Shown here: in pieces, positions 14,317 through 42,707 of the stretch
How the letters are laid out: each line of letters opens with the position of its first letter
Position numbering within the stretch: position 1 is the first letter of the stretch
Assembly (NCBI GenBank): GCA_951406725.2
Contig: OX597838.1
Coordinates: 3,286,001 to 3,350,000, forward strand
DNA from: Octopus vulgaris
Taxonomy: Eukaryota
Direction of reading: 5' to 3'
DNA length: 64,000 bases
Program-made: the position numbers and the translations under genes
The notes under the pieces: generated by a model
Told to the model about the DNA's origin: nothing
Databases searched by the model: none
What the model saw: the letters and a program-made list of their open reading frames with translations, nothing else

Positions 14317-14721
14317 GGGTAGATGGAGGAGAGACTGGATCAGTACCACCCGCTTGGGGGGGGGGGGGAGAGAAGAGGGTAGATGGATGAGAGACAGGAT
14401 CAGTACCACCCGCTTATGGGAGGGGGGCGAGAAGAGGGTAGATGGATGAGAGACTGGATCAGTACCACCCGCTTGGGGGGGAGAAGAGGGTAGATGGATG
14501 AGAGACAGGATCAGTACCACCCGCTTGGGGGGGGGGCGAGAAGAGGGTAGATGGATGAGAGACTGGATCAGTACCACCCGCTTGGGGGGGGGAGAGAGAA
14601 GAGGGTAGATGGATGAGAGACTGGATCAGTACCACCCGCTTGGGGGGGGGGCGAGAGAAGAGGGTAGATGGATGAGAGACTGGATCAGTACCACCCGCTT
14701 GGGGGGGGGGCAGAGAAGAGG
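14317..14721. repeat. G-rich minisatellite, 7 units of ~52-60 bp
   Basis: Unit GGGTAGATGGATGAGAGAC(T/A)GGATCAGTACCACCCGCTT-(G)n-GAGAAGA. Confidence 0.95.
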
Positions 14722-17700
14722 ACTATTGGATTATGCCACCTCTATGACAACCACTCCAGAGATTGACTGGCTGCTTGTTTTAGTTTCGTTGACCACCACT
14801 ACTACCACTTGGCCCGAGGAAGGATGAAAGACAAAAGCTGACCTCAGCGAAATTTGAACACACACCAAAACTATGAGACATAACTAAAAAGACCACAGCA
14901 AAAAAGCACTTTTTCTACCTCTGACTCTGCCACAATCTCGCACCCCCCCCCCCCCACTTGGATGATAATAATCCTTCTACTAAAGGCACAAAGCCTGAAA
15001 TTTTGAGGGAGGGGGCCGGTGCAAAACTGCAGCTTATTTTATCGACGACCCCCAGTAGAATTTGAACTCAGAACGTCAAGGTGGATGAAATGCTGCCCAG
15101 CATTGCCAACGATTCTGCCAGCTTGCCACTTTAATCATAATAATAATCTTTTCTACTACAAGTGCAAGGCCTGGAATTCTTCTTTTTTTTTTTAAGGGGT
15201 GGGGGTTGACCAATTACATCAACCCTGGTACTTATTTCATTGACCTTGGAAGAATAAAAGGCAAAGTTGATCTCAGAACGTAAAGACAGGCGAGATGCTG
15301 CCAAGCATCTTACCTGGTGAGCTAACGATTCTGCCAGCTGACACCACATTAAATCATAAATGAAGAGGATGATTTTAATGATGATAACAATGTTAACGCT
15401 TCGTCGTGCAGTCACAGAGCCGACCTTTTAAGTTACTGGGATGAAGGAGCAAAAAAAAAAAAAAAAAGTAAAGAAAAAAGAACAATGGCAAGTTGTGAGA
15501 TTTATAGGCAGTGTGAAGCAATATAAACAAGGGGGTTGGGGTTTGAAATCAGGGTGACTCCCTCCCCCAGGGGAAAACAAACAAAAAAAAAATGAAACTG
15601 ACCGTCACACTACAACACAGTCAGACTAATAATAATCCTTTCTCCTATAGGCACAAGGCATGAAATCTTGGTGGAGTGAGCTAGTCATTTCATCAACCCC
15701 CAGTACTCAACTGGTACTTATTTTATCGACTCTGAAAGAATGAAAGGCAAAGTTGAACTCGGGACATAAAGACAGACAAAATGTTCAGCACCATTTTGTC
15801 TTTGCCGGCCCCGCCACCCTAATAATGATCCTTTCTACTATAGACACAAGGCTAGGGATTTCGAGGGAGGGGGGGGGGATCCAGTTAATTAGATCGACCT
15901 CAGTGGAATTTGAACTCAGAATTTAACGACAGGTGAAATACTGCTAAGCATTCCATCCAGCGTGCTAATGATTCTGCCAGCATGCCACCTTAATAATAAT
16001 AATAGTAGTAGTAGTAGTCTCTAAAGTAGGCACAAAGTCACTTATTTAGTAAAGAGGGAAATGCTGAGAGGGGGGAAGAGTCGAGCACATGAGGTACCCC
16101 CGACTCTTAGATGGTACTTTACTTAACCTTTGTAACTCACAAAAGTACAATTTAGTGGGCGTGATTTCATTTGGCTATGATAACCCTGGAAGACGCAAAA
16201 GCAGGTAGCCACATTGGATTTGTGTTCACAGCTCACTTAATTGGCAGAAACATCGTTATTTTTTTTCAAGACCATAGTCAAACGAAACCAAACCGCACCA
16301 GCTAAAACAAACTTGTGGGTTCAAAGAGCCAAGTTTATCAACCCATCCTTTCCCCTTGTCAAGTACAAAAGGGACTACTGGTCATTTTAGGATCCTGTGC
16401 AAGGCCAGAAATTAGGTGGGGGCATAAACAATCAGTCATGTCAACCTGCCCCTGGTGCTTGATTATATTGACATTCAGAGGGACGAAAAGTTATGCAGCA
16501 CCTCAGCAGGATTTGAACTCAGAATGTAAAGAACTGCAGTAAATGCTGTACTTTCCCAATGCTTTAATGATTCTGCTAACCTCTTGCCTTATTTCTTTTC
16601 ACTATAGGCACAAGGTTTGAAGCTTTGAGGGGAGGGGACTAGTTGATTACATTGACCCCCAGTACTCAAGTGGTATTTATTTCATCAATCCTGAAAGGTG
16701 AAGCTGACCTCGGCAGAATTTGAACTCAGAACATAGAGACAGATGAAATGCCACTAAGCCTGATGTGCTAACGATTCTGCCAGCTCACAGCCTTAATAAA
16801 ACAGTTATTTCCCAAGCAGGGAATCAAATCTTGGCCGCTGTGGTGAGAGTGCAGAATCCCAAATCCTTTCTACTATAGACACAAGGCCTGAAATTTTTGG
16901 ATAGTCAACTGACCCCGGTATCTGACTCCTACTTTACTTTATCGACCCTGAAAGGATGAAAGGCAAAGTTGACCTCGGTGGAAATTTGAATTAAGAACAT
17001 AAAACCTGGAAGAATTGCTGAGAAGCATTTTGTCTAAATCGGTAATGATTCTGGCAGCTTGCCGCCTTTAATAACATTCTGACTTCGGCACAGGGCCACA
17101 AACAGGTAAGGGAGAGGAGGGAAAGTGGGTGGGCAAGGAAGGAAAGCAAGAATTGGGGATGCAGGTAGTTGATTGAATAAAATTTTCCACCCAACTAAAT
17201 TACTGGTACTTGATTTAGTGACACTACCACTGCTCACCCTGAAATCCCAGCTCCCCCACGCCATCTCATGGAAGAGAGAGAGCGAGAGAATATTTATAAA
17301 GGCAAAGTCAACCCCTATGCCCACCCCATGGCAGGAACTGGATTAGGGAATGCGAAGGGATTTCAATAAGTGAATTGCTTTGGAAAGGCAATTCACTACT
17401 TTGTGTTATTTTTTTTTTTTTTCTTGTCTTTTGCTTTAACCAGCATTCTACCTTTTCTGCCACACATAACAAAACTGTAAATAATAATATGATAATCATA
17501 ATAATAATAATAATAATAAAACAAAGCCAAAATAAAAACGATTCATATAAGGAAAACAAAAAAAAAGGTAATAATGCAAATGAAGAAATGATTTTACAGA
17601 AGAAATTAAAAATTTTTAGATTTCTCTTTTTTCTTTCACAGACACACAATTTGCCCCTAATTGATAATTTGATAGCATATCTCAATACACAAAGATATAC

Positions 17701-17925
17701 ATACTTGTGTGTGTGTGTGTGTATATATATATATGTGTATCGGTACAACACTGACTTTCTGGACACTGTTGGTTTAGAATCTTTTGGAATCTGCACTAGT
17801 TTATGAGGCCAGAACTTCAAATATTCCACAGCCGCCAGACTCGTTTACTGGTGTCTTGTGCAGTAGGGTATTAATGAACTTGTGAGCATTAATATAAATG
17901 TACAAGGTACCTGTATTTCAATTAA

Positions 17926-17931
17926 TTTATT
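17926..17931 (-). promoter_or_regulatory. Candidate PTEN polyadenylation signal (AATAAA) about 2 kb after the stop codon
   Basis: Minus-strand AATAAA in a non-repeat, AT-rich, UTR-like block; hexamers are common in this composition. Confidence 0.3.
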
Positions 17932-18196
17932 TAAGTAAATTTAATATTCGTTTGATTTAGATTGTGTTGATGAAGGTGGCTGCTTCAGAAGAATCGGTAA
18001 AATGGAAAGGCTTTGGATACGGAAAATCGATGTTGTACCTGTGTGTGTGTGTGTGTGTGTATATATATGTGTGTGTGTGTGTGTGTGTATGCATGTGTAT
18101 ATACATATACACAAGCATACACAGACATACTTTCTTATAGGAATATCTTATGCCTGTACATATTTCAAGTATATTTTACATATATAAATACATACA

Positions 18197-18593
18197 TACT
18201 CTTTTACTTGTTTCAGTCATTTTGACTGCGGCCATGCTGGAGCAACGCCTTTAGTCGAACAAATCGACCCCAGGACTTATTCTTTGTAAGCCTAGTACTT
18301 ATTCTATCGGTCTCTTTTGCCGAACCGCTAAGTTACGGGGACGTAAACACACCAGCTTCGGTTGTCAAGCGATGTTGGGGGGGACAAATACACACACACA
18401 CACATATATATATATGTATATACATATATACGACGGGCATTTTTCAGTTCCTGTCTACCAAATCCACTCACAAGGCTTTGGTCGGCCCGAGGCTATAACA
18501 GAAGACACTTGCCCAAGGTGCCACGCAGCGGGACAGAACCCGGAACCATGTGGTTGGTAAGCAAGCTAATTACCACACAGCCACTCCTGTGCC
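18197..18593 (-). mobile_element. tRNA-derived SINE family A with internal (TA/CA)n
   Basis: A-box-like TGGCTGTGTGG and B-box-like GGTTC.GTCCC head, CCTTGGGCAAGTGTCTT core, ...GACTGAAACAAGTAAAAGAGTA tail; many full or partial copies in the window. Confidence 0.85.
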
Positions 18594-18670
18594 TATATAT
18601 ATTTTATATAAATACATCTATATATTATATATATATATGTGTGCATACACATAAACACATCTTTATACGA

Positions 18671-18704
<34 letters not shown>

Positions 18705-19101
18705 GCACACACACACATCTGTATTCATATACATATGCGGACGTACATACATACATACATAACAGGTAGAAGGCAGAATAGGAAGATATTAATAATGATT
18801 GTGTTTTTTGTGGAGGATGTCTTCGGGGCGAAGGTGGGGGGAACAGAGAGGTTGTGGGGTGGGCGCAGGGGGCAGGTGGTGTGGTTCAGTCCACTGTGAT
18901 GGGATGGGGCAGGGGGTAGGTTGATTACTTTCTCGTCTCCAGCTCTCTTCGTCTCTCAATCTCGTACACCTTACACACACACGCATACACTCACATGTAC
19001 ACACACACACACACAATGCACGCGTATGTATGTATGCATGTGTGTGTGTGTGTGCATTTTATATATACAGGAATATATATGTAATTTCATACAAATGCAT
19101 G

Positions 19102-19132
<31 letters not shown>

Positions 19133-19257
19133 ATAGACATGCATGTTTATATATACACACGTCTTGTCTATATATGCATAAATGCAAGCAAATGCGCGCA
19201 CGCACACACACACACACCGGAATATTTATATACACATAAGTATATACGAGTGTGTGC

Positions 19258-19288
<31 letters not shown>

Positions 19289-19977
19289 TAGATACACATG
19301 CACATATACATGCTTATATGTGTATATATACAAATACATATGAATGCATACATATTAGTATATGTCTATATAACTGGTCATACAAATATCGCATATTCAA
19401 CATGCACCAATGCACCAACGGCTGCACTCTCATTCTCTAATATACACACACACGTGCGCGCATACACACACATACGTACACACTCAGATAACATGCTGCT
19501 GTGTCCGACCTACAAACACATATGTCGGATAAGGAATTATTATTATATTTTTTACAAAAAAACAAAAATGGAAAAAAAAGAGAAAAAAAATTTTTTTTTT
19601 TTAGCTTTAAAAATTTTTTAAAAATTAAAAATAAAAATTATTTCTTTTTTCTTCCTTTTTTGTTGCTTATTTCCTTGTTTTGTTTTGTATTTATATTTGT
19701 TTTTTGTTTTTGTTTTTTTTTTTTTTTGTTTAATTGGACCATCCACTCTCTACTCAGATATTTCGCATACCTGTGAGTGGTTGTGCTAACTTTGGCACAT
19801 TTCACTGCCGCCAAATAACGGTTTCTGTGGTGTTTTTTTTTTTTTTTGTTTTTATAAACTTCTCATTTTATCATTGTCATTATTATTATTATTTATAACT
19901 TTTTCTTTTTTTTTTTTTTACTCCTTGTTTATCGTTATGGGATTTGTACAATGCTCCTGTTTCACCTCCACTAATTA

Positions 19978-37622
<17,645 letters not shown>

Positions 37623-38364
37623 CTGAAAAAGACAAAAGCAGGAGATATAACATCACCACAGAGCTAGAGAGAGAGAGAGAGAGAGAGAGAGCTAGAGAGA
37701 GAGAGTGTGACGGAATGGGAGAATTATGTCATGAGGCTAACACACTTGAAACTGTCAGATATGTAAACACTTAAAAGCAAAGACTTCAGTTGTTGTAAAC
37801 AAGAAGGGAAAGAAAGAAAGAAAGCACTTGATAATGAATGATGCTCATACACAGCTTTGCTTTATTATATACACACACACACACACATATATATATACAT
37901 ACATACATACATACGTACATATGTGAGAGATTTAACTCTTTAGCATTCAAATTGCTCTGTTGACTGTAATACGTATTATTTGCGTTGGTTTGAATTAATC
38001 CTGGATTATCTCATAGCTTTGAGGCTTCAAAGATGTGATGGCTTATCTTTAGAATGACATTGTAGGGTAGGTGTAAGAGGCAGGATCTGGCCAGTTGGAA
38101 CCCAAGACAAAGTAGAATATTTGGGTTGGATTTCGCCTGGTTTAAATGCTAAAGGGCTGATGAACTGTCGTCAGTGTCTGTGGTTCTCGACCAGGGGCCA
38201 AATACGATTTCCTTGCTAAGATTTATCTGCAATAAATTGGTTAGGCTTCAACAAAACATAAAACACTTTATTTTTCTTTTTATACAATTCCGAATATTAC
38301 ACTCATAAAAAATATAACGGGATATTTTTTTAAAGCACCAAATGGCTATGGAGGTTCAGTAGAG

Positions 38365-38565
38365 CAGTGCTTTTCAACCTTTTTGCTGGAGCGGAACCCC
38401 AAGGAAACATTCCACTGGCTCGAGGAACCCCTGTGCAATAATTTAATAGTCTTATGCACACATATCTGCACAGGAGAATTAAAAATTACTGCCGATTTTA
38501 GCAGTTTTGTAACTTCTTGCGGAACCCCTGGACTGTACTGGTGGAACCCTGGTTGAAAACCACTG
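38365..38565. mobile_element. hAT-type MITE with 8-bp target-site duplication, nested in an older hAT-like element (~38180-38620)
   Basis: TIR CAGTGCTTTTCAACC / GGTTGAAAACCACTG; flanks CAGTAGAG and CAGTAAAG (one mismatch). Confidence 0.8.
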
Positions 38566-39232
38566 CAGTAAAGTGAGAATGAAAGGGGTCCATAGGTAAA
38601 AAATGGTTAGGGACCCCTGGTCTATATAAACCCTCGTATATCAGAGCAATGAGAATCTATATCATTCTAAGTGTTCCTGCCTCGCCGTCTGTTTTGTCCG
38701 TGTGTTACACTTATGCCAAGGGAGATAATAACTCAAATGAAGAACTACATATGAAGGAGGAAGAGAGAGAGAGAGAGTGGGGGGGAGTCCCTAATATTCT
38801 ACATCTGTGTGTTCAAATTGTAGGCATGGTCGAAATGTGAAGGTTTATACATTTATTCAGTAAAAGATATATCAAGGGACAGTTAAGTTCAATTGAAATA
38901 AATTTAGTCAGCAAATAGCTGTGGGTGTTACACCTTTATCCTTTACCTGTTCCACACCTAAGGCTTTTTTTTTTTCCTTCCTTTTGTTATTTGGTTTAAA
39001 TGCTTATCGATATTCTAGAGTAGACAGATACAGAAATGAATGCAAGTATGATAGTTAATTAGTTAGATAGGTATGTAGGTGAGTCAACAGATATGCAGAT
39101 AGAGAGGTACGTTAATAGATATACAAGTAGATATGTAGCTGAATTGAACTGAAAAGAAATTAAAATAATCTCAATTGGTAAATGACTTTGACGGAGCCTT
39201 TTGGAAGTTGGTCAATGAAAAGTTGTTTTTTT

Positions 39233-39289
<57 letters not shown>

Positions 39290-39638
39290 CACACCCATCC
39301 ACATATTACAGATGCACACATCAAAGTCACTATCCCCTATCCACACATACACAAACGCATGTGCACCTTCGTTTTAGGATCACCAGTACTTTATTATCTC
39401 CCCTTCTTCCAAGCTCTCCTGTCCAACTACCTTTTCCAACCAGTCACTATGGTGACGTAGGCTTGAAACGTAAAAGACTTTCTCACCTTCCCAAGCATCA
39501 AACCAAGACACCTGCTTGTTGTTTATACACCTGTCTTTGTCTTTTGTTTTACTGCAGATTTCAACTATATACGTACATATATACTCTTTTTCACTTTGAA
39601 TTGTTTCAGTCATGTGACTGTGGTCATGCACTGCCTTT

Positions 39639-39685
<47 letters not shown>

Positions 39686-41343
39686 CATATAAACACACAC
39701 ATGTATACATATATACGACAGGCTTCTTTCAGTTTCTGTCTACCAAATCCACTCGCAAGGCTTTGGTTGGCCCGAGGCTATAGTAGAAGGCACTTGCCTA
39801 AGGTGTCACACAGTGGGAATGAACCCGGAACCATGTGGTTGGTAAGCAAGCTACTCACCACACAACCACTCCTGCGCCTATACACAGCTGCTCCTATATT
39901 ATATATATATACATATATATTATATATACATATATATACATACATACATATACATACATATACATATATATATACACATATATACATACACATACATACA
40001 CACAAATAAGTTTTATTTTAATTCATCTTTTATGTTTTTTCAACAGTAAATGTCATTCTATCCATCACATTTTAAAAGAAGGAAAACAAGCAACACCTTC
40101 TCAGTTCATTTCGATTACATTTCGAAGTAGAGTTTTAATTAAGTGGCAGGATTTCAAAAGAGTCTTTTGGGGGAAATTTCTTGCTTGTGCTCAACATAAT
40201 AACAGATTGTTTTAAAATACACTGATTTACACTGTGAAATGTCCACAGGTTCTGCTACAAGAGTATAATTATAAAGTATAAAGTGGATTATGAATGCATG
40301 TACTGTATATGCTGTATACAGTGACCTAACACAAAAAGTGCATACATACATATATATATACATACAATACTGCTTTTCATAAACTGATTAAGGACTACAC
40401 ATACACGTGTGTGTGTGGGTGTGTTTCCTTGATTGGCAGAAGATATAAATATTGCCAAGGAAGCCAAAACACTGGCGCTTTTTAAATGAAGTTTCTTGTG
40501 ATATTTACTCTGTAGTGAGTTACATACACTCCCTTGTCATGAGATTGTGTTGAATGATAAAATTGGCTGATTGGAAATTTGTAATCAATGAAGGCACGGT
40601 TCACAAAATGTGACATAAAAAAAGAACTCCCAAGTTTTGAAAGAAGGGACCTCAGGGAGCACAGCATTCAGATTACAAAAATTATACGCCCCACCCCGAT
40701 CACATTACCACTACAACACTGGATGTCCACAACCTAAGAAACACCTTTGTTTACAAAAACAAAACAGAAAAGGTAAGAAAATACTAAGGATTTTGTTAAC
40801 TGAAGAAAACAAATGCTTCAGTGAATGGATAAAAGTGTAAGCAAGTAAGGTGGAACAGGTGTTGGGTAAAGAAACTGAAGGGAGAAATATAAACCCTCCA
40901 GTGATGCTGCTCTAGTCCAGTGCCCCACACCCTTTTCCCACTTGTGGTACACTTATATTCTTTTAAAAATTTGGCAGCACACCTGAATTAAAAATATAAC
41001 GAAAAGTGTAGGGGAAAAAAATTATATTCAGGTTACACTGCGGCACACCTAGCATTGTCTTGTGGCACACCAGAGTGCCACAGAATACCAGTTGTGGGGC
41101 ACCACTGGTCTGCAACAATGCATGACCAACAACAACATTAACAAAAGATAGAAATGGTAAAATATGAGAGTAATGTGTTAAAAGTTTCTCGGGAAGAACA
41201 GACCAATCACTCCGCCTATCAACAAATATAAAAGCAATTGAATGTATATCACGAAAGGACCCCTTCTATCTTAGTCAAGGGCAAAATGCAACCCGCAAGA
41301 TTTTCTGAGTGACACATCTTACAAAAAATTACCAAGAATTTTA

Positions 41344-41720
41344 GGTGCAGGAATGGCTGTGTGGTAAGTAGCTTGCTTACCAACCACATGGTTCCGGGTT
41401 CATTCCCATTGCGTGGCACCTTGGGCAAGTGTCTTCTACTATAGCCTCGGGCTGACCAAAGCCTTGTGAGTGGATTTGGTAGACGGAAACTGAAAGAAGC
41501 CCATCATATATATGTACGTGTGTCTGTGTTTGTTCCCCCCAACATCGCTTGACAACCGATACTGGTGTGTTTACGTCCCCCGTAACTTAGCAGTTCGGCA
41601 AAAGAGACCGATAGAATAAGTACTAGGCTTACAAAGAATAAGTCCTGGGGTTGATTTGCTCGACTAAAGGTGGTGCTCCAGAATGGCCGCAGTCAAATGA
41701 CTGAAACAAGTAAAAGAGTA
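41344..41720 (+). mobile_element. SINE family A, full-length
   Basis: Head, core and tail all recognisable; highly similar to 42301-42707 and 51225-51611. Confidence 0.85.
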
Positions 41721-42206
41721 AAGCAACACATTAGGGAGGTAACAGAGTAACTGAAACCCACAAAACCACTGGTGCTGATCCAATACCGGCCAAAAATACT
41801 GGTGGAACTGGCCTGGTACCGATTTCACTTTTGTATAATTCATGGCTTATTTCCAAAACCAGTAAAAAACGACCTCTGTGATGGCACAAAGAGGGAATCC
41901 AGAAGTGATCTATTAAAATACCAAACTATATCATTACTGGAACCAGTAGTCCATAAACTGCAAAGCTACCTGTTGAAAAATCAACCCATTTTCAGATAAA
42001 AATTTGGCCTCTGACCAAATCATAGAATAGTAAACCTTCTTACTGAACTTTCTCCAGACAAGACGTGAAATAATTAACTGGACATATGTCAATAAGTATT
42101 TGTCGTGGCCCTGAATGTAGAAGGGGAGAAATTTGCTGGAGTCTAGGGGAATGGAATAGGCAACAAAAAAGCTGAAAATCCAGGGAGATATCCAGGCGGA
42201 CAAGTG

Positions 42207-42278
42207 GATGTGATCATCTAGTGGTTAGGACTCCATGTTGTGGCCGTGGTAACACAGGTTCGAATCCTGGTCACGACA
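42207..42278 (+). tRNA. tRNA-His(GTG)-like copy, probably a pseudogene
   Basis: GATGTGATCATCTAGTGGTTAGGACTCCATGTTGTGGCCGTGGTAACACAGGTTCGAATCCTGGTCACGACA: 72 nt, GTG anticodon loop, intact B box, close to the metazoan tRNA-His consensus as I recall it. One mismatch each in the acceptor, D and T stems; TTTT about 14 nt downstream. Confidence 0.8.
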
Positions 42279-42300
42279 GTCCACCATTACCTTTTCTTTA

Positions 42301-42707
42301 GGTGTAGGAGTGGCTGTGTGGTAAGTAGGTTGCTTACAAACCACATGGTTCCGGGTTCAGTCCCACTGCATGGCGCCTTGGGCAAGTGTCTTCTACTATA
42401 GCCTCGGGCTGACCAAAGCCTTGTGAGTGGATTCGGTAGATGGAAACTGAAAGAAGCCCGTCGTATATATGCATATATTTATGTATATGTGTGTGTGTGT
42501 GTGTGTTTGTGCGTCTGTTTTTGTCCCCCAACATCGCTTGACAACTGATGCTGGTGTGTTTACGTCCTGTAACTTAGCGGTTCAGCAAAAAGGGCTGATA
42601 GAATAAGTACTAGGTTCCAAAGTATAAATCCTGGGGTCGATTTGCTTGACTAAAGGGGGTGCTCCAGCATGGCCACAGTCACATGACTGAAACAAGTAAA
42701 CGAGTAA
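42301..42707 (+). mobile_element. SINE family A, full-length
   Basis: Same head, core and tail as 41344-41720; lies just 3' of the tRNA-His copy. Confidence 0.85.

Larger units (their letters stand above)
5020..17340 (-). mobile_element. Dense cluster of roughly 24 copies of SINE family D joined by (AAT)n linkers
   Basis: Recurrent plus-strand AATCCTTTCTACTATAGGCACAAGGCCTGAAAT...ATCGACCCC..AAGGATGAAAGGCAAAGTCGACC..GGCAGAATTTGAACTCAGAA...CTAACGATTCTGCCAGCTC.CC.CCTT; copies counted by eye. Confidence 0.8.

Noticed and set aside
14317-14721. Constant repeat plus variable segment resembling a CRISPR array
   Set aside because: The variable parts are only G-runs, not unique spacers; there are no cas genes and the context is eukaryotic.
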